Origin: a virus
Lineage: Duplodnaviria > Caudoviricetes
Direction: 5' to 3' (one strand)
Virus record (IMG/VR): IMGVR_UViG_3300017700_000541
Span: 1 to 40,371 of that record
DNA length: 40,371 bases
Shown here: piece after piece, positions 26,557 through 34,161 of the stretch
Position numbering within the stretch: the stretch's first letter is position 1
Layout: every line of letters starts with the position of its first letter
Translations under genes and position numbers: made by a program
The notes under the pieces: model-generated
Databases searched by the model: none
What the model was told of the DNA's origin: nothing
The model's input: the letters and a program-made list of their open reading frames with translations, nothing else

Positions 26557-26912
26557 GCGCCGTGTCCTTCTCCCTGCCGTTCCCGCCCTCGGTCAATGGC
26601 CTCTTCGCTGGCAAGGCTCGCCGCTACGCCTCCCCTGCCTACAAGGCGTGGAAGGCCGCAGCCCGCCCGCACGTTCCCGCTGGCCTGATCGCTGGCCCCT
26701 ACACGCTGGACCTGATCTTTGACCGCCCCGACCGCCGCGCTCGCGACCTCGGGAACCTCGAAAAAGCAGTGTCAGATTTGATCGTGGAGCGCGGTCTGGT
26801 GATCGACGACTCCTGCTGCCAGCGCATCACCCTCGCATGGTCCGACGAGCCGCCGCAGCGCGACTCCGTCGTCCGCGTGACCGTCTCCCCTCATTCCAGA
26901 ACAGGTGAATAA
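26553..26912 (+). CDS. rusA: RusA-family Holliday junction resolvase
   Basis: LPFPPSVN and PDRRARDLGNLEKAVSD...IDDS motifs. Confidence 0.88.
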   Translation: MSAVSFSLPFPPSVNGLFAGKARRYASPAYKAWKAAARPHVPAGLIAGPYTLDLIFDRPDRRARDLGNLEKAVSDLIVERGLVIDDSCCQRITLAWSDEPPQRDSVVRVTVSPHSRTGE

Positions 26913-26914
26913 TC

Positions 26915-27592
26915 ATGGCCGAATGGTCCGCAATAGACGACGCCGAACTGGTCCGGCTTGCAGCTCTGGAACTCTCTGCGTCCAAGATCGTCGCCGCGTT
27001 TGCCGAGCTTGGGCTTGAGCCGCGCACCCGTGACGCAATCCTCGGGCGCTGCCTCCGTATCGGCGTGACCCTGACCGGACGGCGTCTCAAGAAGCCCCAG
27101 CCGCCGAAGTTCTGGGACTTGCCCGAGCCGCTGGCGATGCTGCGCGAACTGTGGATTGCAGGCGTCCCGGTCACGCTGATGGCCAGCCGTATCAGCGCCA
27201 AGTTCAAGCACAAGGTCAGCCGCAACGCCGTGATCGGCAAGGCGCACCGCCTCGGGCTGGCCCATGAGTTTCCCCGCGACGGCAACAAGGACCGCGAAGC
27301 CGCCCGCGTCCGTGGCAAGATGGCCGCTCGCGAGAAGGCAGCCAAACGCGACCGCCGCCATCTGGAGCGAGCCGAAGCCGCCAAGCCCATTCTTGCTGAC
27401 GTGTCGTATGCCCGTCCCTGGATGGAGCGCGCCAACGGTCAGTGCGCCTTCCCCCTCGGTGAGCGCGGGTCCGTAATGTCCTGCTGCTTCCCGACTGACG
27501 AGACCTATTGCGCGGCTCACCGGCAGGCGATGGGAGGTCTTCGCAAGGCGTGGTCTCCTAGAGACTTCCGCAACGTGGCGAGGGCGGCATGA
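26915..27592 (+). CDS. gcrA: GcrA-family cell-cycle regulator homologue
   Basis: SRNAVIGKAHRLGL motif; C-terminal CAFPLG...CC.P...YC..H. Confidence 0.85.
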   Translation: MAEWSAIDDAELVRLAALELSASKIVAAFAELGLEPRTRDAILGRCLRIGVTLTGRRLKKPQPPKFWDLPEPLAMLRELWIAGVPVTLMASRISAKFKHKVSRNAVIGKAHRLGLAHEFPRDGNKDREAARVRGKMAAREKAAKRDRRHLERAEAAKPILADVSYARPWMERANGQCAFPLGERGSVMSCCFPTDETYCAAHRQAMGGLRKAWSPRDFRNVARAA

Positions 27593-27846
27593 ACGCTGCC
27601 TTTTCCCCACTTATCCACAGGCCCGTGAAAGCATCCCCGACCCCTGCTGCGTCCGGCCCTTACACCGGAAACGAACGGTCGCATGGTCTTTTCATGACCA
27701 CTCGCCCGGCACGTTATCCCCAGCCTTATGCACAGCCCGTGAAGGCGGTCGATGCGCTGATTTTGGCCCTGCGTTCGCCGGTTCACGCCAGCCCAAAACT
27801 GCGTCCGATAGCGGATGAACTGGAGGCTGTTCGTGATCGGTCTTAG
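27589..27846 (+). CDS. Hypothetical ORF spanning the DnaA-box cluster
   Basis: ATGA-coupled, but low-complexity Pro-rich; may be a by-product of the DNA sites. Confidence 0.35.
   Translation: MNAAFSPLIHRPVKASPTPAASGPYTGNERSHGLFMTTRPARYPQPYAQPVKAVDALILALRSPVHASPKLRPIADELEAVRDRS
27601..27745 (+). promoter_or_regulatory. Two pairs of DnaA boxes in a direct repeat
   Basis: TTTTCCCCA 27601, TTATCCACA 27611, TTATCCCCA 27714, TTATGCACA 27726; each pair followed by GCCCGTGAA. Confidence 0.65.
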
Positions 27847-29254
27847 CTCGCCCCTGCCGTCTAACCTCGACGCAGAACAGGCGCTGATTGGCGCTGTCCT
27901 GTTCGACAACGACGCCATGCCCGACGACGTGCGGGCCTGTGACTTTCACGAGCCGTTCCACGGCCTGATCTGGACCGCCATGACGGACCTGGTGCGCGCC
28001 GGTCGCTTGGCCGAGCCGACCATTCTGTCCGACCGCCTGAAGTCGTCCCCGGCTTGGGAGCAATACGGCGGCATCCGCTATCTGGCGGATATGGTGGACC
28101 GCGCGCCCGCCCCCAAACACGCGCCGGAATATGCCCGCGCCGTTCAAGACGCAGCGATGCGCCGGGGCCTCATCCGCGTGGCTGGTGAAATCTCTGACGC
28201 GGCCCGTGACCCTGACAAGTCTGGCGCGGAACGGGTGATCGAGGCCGAGCGGGCTGTCTCCGATCTGGCAGACACCGGCCCGTCGCCTTCCGCGTGGTCG
28301 CGGGCCGACACGATCATCGGGAGCGCCGTTCGTGCAGCCCAAGAACGCAAGGGCAAGATTGAACTGCCGACCGGCCTGACCGAACTGGACCGCCTCACGG
28401 GTGGCCTGCGTCGTGGCGAAATGGCGATTATTGCCGGACGTCCTGCGATGGGTAAGTCGTCGGCTGGCCTCGCTGTCGGTCGCGCACTGGCGTCGCAAGG
28501 CAAGGGCGTGGCGTTCTTCTCGATGGAAATGCCGAAGGTCGCGCTCGGCCTCCGCATGGCCTGTGATCTGGCCTTCAACCCAGCCGCCCCGGTGTTTAGC
28601 GGCAAGAGCGAGAACCCGTCCTATTTCGATGCCGACCGTGGCCAGCTTGAGCGCCACCAGTGGCAGGCCCTTGAAGCCGCCGAACGCCAGATGGCTGGAT
28701 GGCCCCTGCTGTTCGACACCCGCCCCGGTCTGACGACTTCCGCGATGGAAGCCTGCGCTCGCAAGGCAATCCGGGATTGGCAACGCCAAGGCATTGAGCC
28801 GGGCGCTATCATCGTTGACCACCTGACCATCGCCAAAGCTGACAACGACCGCAAGGGCAACAAGGTGGCCGAGGTCGGGGACATTTCCCGTGGGCTTGCC
28901 GAAATGGCCAAGCGGCTTGACGTGCCTGTGGTGGCCCTGTGCCAGCTTTCCCGCGACGTTGAGAAGCGGGACAACAAGGACAAGCGCCCCGGCCTGTCGG
29001 ACCTCCGCTGGTCGGGCGAGATTGAGCAGGACGCCCGGTTGGTGATGTTCCTGTATCGCCCGGAATACTCTTGCCGCCGCCCGGAGGATGATTCCGACTT
29101 CGAGGCGATGGGCGAATGGAAGGCCCGTCTCGATAAGGTCCGCAAGAAGCTCTTTTGGCTGGTCGAGAAGAACAACAACGGGCCGACCGGCGAGGTTGAG
29201 ACTTATTGCGACATCGCTTGCAGCGCCATTCGTGACCGGATGGGGATGCAATGA
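27833..29254 (+). CDS. dnaB: DnaB-family replicative helicase
   Basis: AEQALIGAVL, AGRPAMGKS Walker A, FFSMEM, IVDHL, QLSR and DLRWSGEIEQDA; GTG at 27833 with GGAGG. Confidence 0.95.
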   Translation: MIGLSSPLPSNLDAEQALIGAVLFDNDAMPDDVRACDFHEPFHGLIWTAMTDLVRAGRLAEPTILSDRLKSSPAWEQYGGIRYLADMVDRAPAPKHAPEYARAVQDAAMRRGLIRVAGEISDAARDPDKSGAERVIEAERAVSDLADTGPSPSAWSRADTIIGSAVRAAQERKGKIELPTGLTELDRLTGGLRRGEMAIIAGRPAMGKSSAGLAVGRALASQGKGVAFFSMEMPKVALGLRMACDLAFNPAAPVFSGKSENPSYFDADRGQLERHQWQALEAAERQMAGWPLLFDTRPGLTTSAMEACARKAIRDWQRQGIEPGAIIVDHLTIAKADNDRKGNKVAEVGDISRGLAEMAKRLDVPVVALCQLSRDVEKRDNKDKRPGLSDLRWSGEIEQDARLVMFLYRPEYSCRRPEDDSDFEAMGEWKARLDKVRKKLFWLVEKNNNGPTGEVETYCDIACSAIRDRMGMQ

Positions 29255-30069
29255 GCGTTCAAGCCATAGCCCTTTCCCTGAAGGCCCAGGGACTGAAGCC
29301 GTCCGAAAAGCTGCTGCTTTTGGCGCTGGCGAACTATGCCGACGACGCAATGAAGTGTTGGCCGTCGCACAAGGCGCTCGCCTCCGACACGGGCCTTTCG
29401 CAACGGACAATCCTGACGACGTTTAAGCGCCTTGAGGACGCCGGATTGCTGGTCCGTGAGGCGCGTTCGCGCAATGACGGCTCGCGCTCCAGCGACATCA
29501 TCACCCTGAAACTAGGTGGGGAAACTATTTCCCCACGTGGCGCAACCATTTCCCCACGTGGGGAAACTGCTTCAGGGGGTGGGGAAGCAGTTGCGTACCT
29601 CACTACGTTTGAACCACCAATTAACCGTCAAGAAGCTTCTTTGTCCGCCGAGCCTTCGGCCCGCCGCACAAAAGCCCCGGCGATAAACGCCGATGTTGAA
29701 GCGATCTGGTCGATTGCCCCTCGCCAAGCCCGAGAGCGTTCAAGCCGCAAGGACGTTGAAACCGCCCTGTCAGCCGCGAAGGCCCGAGGCCATGCCCTGC
29801 CGGACATCATCGCTGGCCTGAAGGCCGCTTACGCCTCGAAGTCATACCAGGGCGAAACGGCCAAGGGCGTTCACCGGCTCATCCAGAACGACCGATGGGC
29901 CAGCTTTGTCGAGACCGGCGAGGCGTCAACCGTTTGGGGCGACGACCGCTGGTCAGCCGTCGTGGCCTTGAACCGGGAAGAAGGCTGGTGGTCGCCCGAC
30001 TTGGGGCCGCCGCCCGGCCAGCCCGGCTGTCGCGTCCCCGCTCATCTGGTCCAGAGGCAAGCCGCATGA
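29251..30069 (+). CDS. Replication initiator (N-terminal wHTH)
   Basis: KLLLLALANYAD...CWPS...LA..TGLS.RT motif; internal iterons. Confidence 0.85.
   Translation: MSVQAIALSLKAQGLKPSEKLLLLALANYADDAMKCWPSHKALASDTGLSQRTILTTFKRLEDAGLLVREARSRNDGSRSSDIITLKLGGETISPRGATISPRGETASGGGEAVAYLTTFEPPINRQEASLSAEPSARRTKAPAINADVEAIWSIAPRQARERSSRKDVETALSAAKARGHALPDIIAGLKAAYASKSYQGETAKGVHRLIQNDRWASFVETGEASTVWGDDRWSAVVALNREEGWWSPDLGPPPGQPGCRVPAHLVQRQAA
29515..29598 (+). repeat. Four 21-bp iterons (phage origin)
   Basis: GGTGGGGAAACTATTTCCCCA / CGTGGCGCAACCATTTCCCCA / CGTGGGGAAACTGCTTCAGGG / GGTGGGGAAGCAGTTGCGTAC. Confidence 0.75.
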
Positions 30070-30142
30070 CCACGGAACGCCCCCTCAATCTCGGTGGGTA
30101 CGGCTGCGAAGCAGACGTGAACCCTAAAACTGGAGAAGCCTG

Positions 30143-30712
30143 ATGGCCCGCCGCAAGCAAAAGCCGACCGCCCCGCAGGACATGGCCTCGATTGCCGAGC
30201 GCCGGGCTGAACGCCGGGAACTCGAAAGCCGGGGCATCGCTGTCAACGTGGACCCGAAGAACGAGGAGATACTGGCCCGCTTCCGCCCCGACTGCTTCAC
30301 CGTGCTTCTCAAAGGCCGTCCAGACGATCAAGCGGCGGTGCAATGGCTGGAAGAGCTTATCCGAACGGCATCCGGCGAGAACGGTTCCGACCGCCGCCCT
30401 GATTACATTCGCGGGTCAGCGGAAGGCGCACCAGGTCAGAACGTGTCACAGGCCATGATCGACGCAGACCTGTATCTGGTGACGGCAACGGAGGCCCTGC
30501 CCCCGCAATGCGCCCGGATGCTGTTTGACCTCCTGAAGCCGGATGAGGCCCTGCTGACCCGCTGGCGTCCGATTGTCGAGCGGTGCACCGGAGAGACCAA
30601 CCCGGTCGCACAAGGCGCGGCGGTGCGGATGGCGTGTGGCCAGCTTCGATGGGTGCAGACCAACATCACCCGGCTGGTGAGGGAGCGGCGGGACCGGAGG
30701 ATGGCGGCGTGA
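30143..30712 (+). CDS. Putative late-gene activator/antiterminator (Q position)
   Basis: Last large gene before the late promoter; helical C-terminus. Confidence 0.55.
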   Translation: MARRKQKPTAPQDMASIAERRAERRELESRGIAVNVDPKNEEILARFRPDCFTVLLKGRPDDQAAVQWLEELIRTASGENGSDRRPDYIRGSAEGAPGQNVSQAMIDADLYLVTATEALPPQCARMLFDLLKPDEALLTRWRPIVERCTGETNPVAQGAAVRMACGQLRWVQTNITRLVRERRDRRMAA

Positions 30713-30885
30713 TGGTCTGGGCTGTTAGGTGGCTTCGTGGCGTTTGCACCAAGTGCGGCGGTCGAGAGGCGGTTACGGTGGACTATGGCCCGCTTCACGG
30801 CAGTTGGCGTGACCCATGCCCCAAGTGTCGCCCGCTGTGCCGTGTCAGTTGTCCGTACAAGGGGTGCCTAGAACACCACCCATAG
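30712..30885 (+). CDS. Small Cys-rich Zn-finger protein
   Basis: CTKC...CPKC motif; TGATG-coupled. Confidence 0.45.
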   Translation: MVWAVRWLRGVCTKCGGREAVTVDYGPLHGSWRDPCPKCRPLCRVSCPYKGCLEHHP

Positions 30886-30888
30886 CGG

Positions 30889-30903
30889 GAACGAAAAAAG
30901 AAC
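30889..30903. promoter_or_regulatory. Alphaproteobacterial LexA (SOS) box
   Basis: GAAC-GAAAAAA-GAAC matches GAAC-N7-GAAC; intergenic. Confidence 0.55.
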
Positions 30904-30914
30904 CACACCACCCC

Positions 30915-30968
30915 TTGCGTCCCGATTAAGTCTATGTCAGTCTCATCCGTATTGAGGCGCTTTGCGCC
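30915..30968 (+). promoter_or_regulatory. Putative late promoter and proximal hairpin
   Basis: TTGCGT-17-CAGTCT followed by GGCGC-TTT-GCGCC. Confidence 0.4.
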
Positions 30969-31183
30969 GGTCCCCATGCGGGACGACCCACTCCTCGGAC
31001 GCGGCCCAACCCTCGGGCGGTCGCAGCGGTAGGGACAAAAGCGTACCGTTCAGTCGAGCGCCACAAAACCCCCGGCCAATCTGCCCTAGCGGCACACCCC
31101 ATCCGCGCCCAGCCGACACGCCCGAAAAGCCCAGAGCATTACGCAAAGAGCGGTTGAGGCGCGGATAACCACTTGGCGTGGTT
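30967..31183 (+). ncRNA. Structured late-operon leader
   Basis: Several stems, e.g. ATCCGCGCC/GGCGCGGAT (31101/31158), GCGGCC/GGTCGC, AGCGGTA/TACCGTT and AACCAC/GTGGTT. Confidence 0.4.
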
Positions 31184-31199
31184 TGCCTAGGAGTCCGGG

Positions 31200-33110
31200 A
31201 TGCAATGGACGCCTAACGCAAGACCGCAAGAGCAGCGCCGTCCCTACCGCGACGTTCTGGACGCCCTACAGGAGCGGGTTCGCCCGTTCATTGAGCGCCA
31301 GCCGGAGTTCGCGCGGCCTGCCTACGGTTCGGTCCTTCAGTCTGGCGCGGATATGCTTCCGGGCGTGGGCGACGTTGTCGGCGTTGAGGACTTGCAAGCC
31401 GCCGCGCGGGACGGTGACCCGGTCGGCATTGGCCTCGGCCTTCTCGCGGCCATTCCAGGCATCCCGGCAATCGGTCGGGGTTCTCGGGGTGCACGTCGTG
31501 GGCTGATGACGGGAGCGCGTGAGGCTGCCCCGTCTGGTGGACTGATGACGGACGCGGAGTCGGCGCTGGCCCGCTATCGTGCGGTCAACCCTGATGATAC
31601 GGGCGCGCGGGTTCTTAATCCGGGCGACGAGGGCTACCCGACCAACGCTCAATGGGATGAGGCGTCGCAAGCGTATGTTGCGCCTCGCGCTGACGTTGCC
31701 CCGGCGAGAGCGGCTAGGCCCGAGCGCGCGCCATCCCTTCGCCCCGCCATGAAGGGGACGGACGGCAAAATCTACACGGCGGATGACAACCATTTCACGG
31801 CTATGGCGTCGATGCCGGAAGACGTGCGGCGCAGGGTCGGCCTGAACGACTCTTACAGGGGCTTTGTGGACGACCGGGGCCGCTATCTAAACCGTGTGCG
31901 GGCGCAAGAGTATGCGCTAAACTTCGGCCTGTTGCGTGACGATGCGCCGTCATGGGCGAGGAATAATCACGAACTGGTTAGCGAGTATTTGCGTCCGTAT
32001 GAGCCGCCCGCCCCTGTCCCGCCCGTAGAGCCTGATTACCCCATCCGCGCCTATCACGGCTCGCCCCACTCATTCGACCGCTTCTCCCTAGACAAGATTG
32101 GAACAGGAGAGGGAGCGCAGGCATACGGCCACGGGCTTTACTTCGCTGGCAATGAGGATGTGGCGAGGCAATACCGAAACAACCTGACTCGCGACGTTCA
32201 ATATCGCGCTGACGGTTCGGTGTGGAACCCGCAAAACGAGCTGCAACACCTGAATGTCAGGGCTGCGGCAAACCAGAACGGCGATGACCTAGCCGCTACA
32301 CTGGAGCGTGCTTACGAGGCCGCGTTGCGGGCTGAACCGGGCGGACAAGCCGCGAGGGCTGCTGAAGCGGACATTGCCCATCTGGAGGCTATTCGGGACA
32401 GTGGCGGATTGCTGCCAAACCGGATGACGGTCAACGGGCGTCCGCTGGACGACATTTACCGCACCTACGAGCTTCGCGCCGACAGCGGGTCGTTCCCGGA
32501 AGCGCAGGCAGATTACGACCGGCTCGCGCTTCTCGAGCAACTACAGATCGACGGCGACCCATACGACATCCTCGGAAGCCGCCGGGAAGACTATTCGCCC
32601 GAGGCTCTGGACTGGTTTGAACGCGAGATTGTGCCGGGCTTCAAGCGCCCCGGCTCCATGTACGAAGTAGGCATTAACGCCCATCCAGATACGTTCCTGG
32701 ATTGGGACAGGCCGATGGCGGAACAGCCGGAGTCGGTAAGGGCGGCGCTGGAGGACGTGTTGGCCAATGTTCCGGGTGTTCGGGACAACTTGCAGCCATA
32801 CGAAATCGACACCGGCCCATCCAACGGGTCGAACCTCATGGGCGCGTTTAGTGAGGCGAGGCCCGGCGACTACCGAACGGCTATGACTGACGAGCTTCGC
32901 CAGCGCGGAGTTAACGGCATCCGCTACCTAGACGGAAACTCCCGAGGGGCTGGCGAAGGCTCATCCAACTACGTCGTCTTCAATGACGAACTGGTCAAAA
33001 TCCTGCGGAAGTACGGAATAAGCGGGCTGGGTCTAACCGGAGGCGCTGCCCTCGGCGGGGGACTCCTTGGAAGCCCGCAAGACCAGCAAGCCCAACCCAC
33101 CACATTCTAA
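31200..33110 (+). CDS. Multidomain protein with ART-PolyVal-like (ADP-ribosyltransferase fold) domain
   Basis: YHGSPHSFDRF..IGTGEGAQAYGHGLYF ... GIRYLD...NYVVF; AGGAG RBS. Confidence 0.65.
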   Translation: MQWTPNARPQEQRRPYRDVLDALQERVRPFIERQPEFARPAYGSVLQSGADMLPGVGDVVGVEDLQAAARDGDPVGIGLGLLAAIPGIPAIGRGSRGARRGLMTGAREAAPSGGLMTDAESALARYRAVNPDDTGARVLNPGDEGYPTNAQWDEASQAYVAPRADVAPARAARPERAPSLRPAMKGTDGKIYTADDNHFTAMASMPEDVRRRVGLNDSYRGFVDDRGRYLNRVRAQEYALNFGLLRDDAPSWARNNHELVSEYLRPYEPPAPVPPVEPDYPIRAYHGSPHSFDRFSLDKIGTGEGAQAYGHGLYFAGNEDVARQYRNNLTRDVQYRADGSVWNPQNELQHLNVRAAANQNGDDLAATLERAYEAALRAEPGGQAARAAEADIAHLEAIRDSGGLLPNRMTVNGRPLDDIYRTYELRADSGSFPEAQADYDRLALLEQLQIDGDPYDILGSRREDYSPEALDWFEREIVPGFKRPGSMYEVGINAHPDTFLDWDRPMAEQPESVRAALEDVLANVPGVRDNLQPYEIDTGPSNGSNLMGAFSEARPGDYRTAMTDELRQRGVNGIRYLDGNSRGAGEGSSNYVVFNDELVKILRKYGISGLGLTGGAALGGGLLGSPQDQQAQPTTF

Positions 33111-33147
33111 GCGTACCCCTAACCCCCACAATCCATAGGAGGGCCGA

Positions 33148-33672
33148 ATGGCTCGCAACAACACTTTCCTTCTGGAAGGCGTCGTCGGCTCGCCCGGCTC
33201 TGGCGTCACTGCCCGTGAGTACGGCGACAAATACAACCACACCACCATCCTCAACGTGCAGTCGGTCTTCCCGGCCATTGCAGGCGGCGCTTCGCTCGGC
33301 GTCGGCAAGCTGGTGTATACCCTGCCCGCTGGCGCTTGCGTCGTCGGCCCTGCCCGCCTGAAGGTCTCGGTCAACGGTGCTGCCGCCATTCAGGCTGACA
33401 CCCCCGACGTGGGCCTCGGCACCACCATCGCCTCGGGTGCTGTCGCTGTTCTCGGCGGCACGGCTGCTTTCGAGAACATCCTGACCGGCCAGACCATGAC
33501 GGACTGCGATGGAACCGAGACCGACGCCATTGTGACGACCGAACTGGCGATTGCCGCTAACGGCGCACACACGGTCTATCTCAACATCGCTGATGGCTGG
33601 GCCGCTGGTGGTGACCCCGCGCTCGACGTGAACGCCGTCATCATCCTGCCGTGGCGCTACCAGGGCGACTAA
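33148..33672 (+). CDS. Putative capsid decoration/structural beta-protein
   Basis: Strong AGGAGG RBS; G/A/V/T-rich, 174 aa. Confidence 0.6.
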   Translation: MARNNTFLLEGVVGSPGSGVTAREYGDKYNHTTILNVQSVFPAIAGGASLGVGKLVYTLPAGACVVGPARLKVSVNGAAAIQADTPDVGLGTTIASGAVAVLGGTAAFENILTGQTMTDCDGTETDAIVTTELAIAANGAHTVYLNIADGWAAGGDPALDVNAVIILPWRYQGD

Positions 33673-33709
33673 CCCCTTTCATACCGCGCCTTCCTTAGCT
33701 GGACCCACC

Positions 33710-33811
33710 CCGAGCGGGGCAGACACCATCCGACCTTACAGGCTGAGAAGCCAACCTGCGGCGCGGGCGTCCTTCGGGATGCGTGAGAGCAGGCAAGGCG
33801 GGAACGCTCGG
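33710..33811 (+). ncRNA. Multi-stem structured RNA upstream of terS
   Basis: CCGAGCG/CGCTCGG, CCTT/AAGG, GGCT-GAGA-AGCC, CCTGC/GCAGG and GCGTCC-TTCG-GGATGC. Confidence 0.5.
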
Positions 33812-33824
33812 ACATAACCCACAC

Positions 33825-33848
33825 AGTCGCCAAGCCTAGAGCAGCGAC
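33825..33848 (+). repeat. Late-gene hairpin motif, copy before terS
   Basis: AGTCGCCAAGCCTAGAGCAGCGAC; 22/24 identical to 38862-38885. Confidence 0.8.
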
Positions 33849-33876
33849 AGGGAGCGTCTAAACTAGACGAAGATAG

Positions 33877-34161
33877 ATGGCCGCAGGGATCAAAACCGGC
33901 GGGCGACAGAAGGGCACGCCAAACAAAGCCACGGCGGACATTAAGGCCCTCGCCCGAGAGTTCACACCGAAGGCCATGCAGCGCCTTGTGAAGATTATCG
34001 AGGAAAGCGACAGCGACGCCGCTGTGGTCTCCGCGATCAAGGAAGTTTTCGACCGAGGCTACGGCAAGGCGAAACAACCGCTGATCGGTGGGGACGACGA
34101 TGATCCGGCCATGAAGGTGGTCGGGGCTATCGAGTGGAGGGTCGTTGATAGTCGCCCCTGA
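33877..34161 (+). CDS. terS: Terminase small subunit
   Basis: KTGGRQKGTPNKAT...DRGYGK motif; directly upstream of terL. Confidence 0.8.
   Translation: MAAGIKTGGRQKGTPNKATADIKALAREFTPKAMQRLVKIIEESDSDAAVVSAIKEVFDRGYGKAKQPLIGGDDDDPAMKVVGAIEWRVVDSRP

Noticed and set aside
27692-29410. 572-aa minus-strand ORF
   Set aside because: Antisense shadow of dnaB
31500-31560. Two CTGATGA hammerhead-like cores
   Set aside because: No GAAA after stem II; they encode the GLMT peptide repeat inside a CDS
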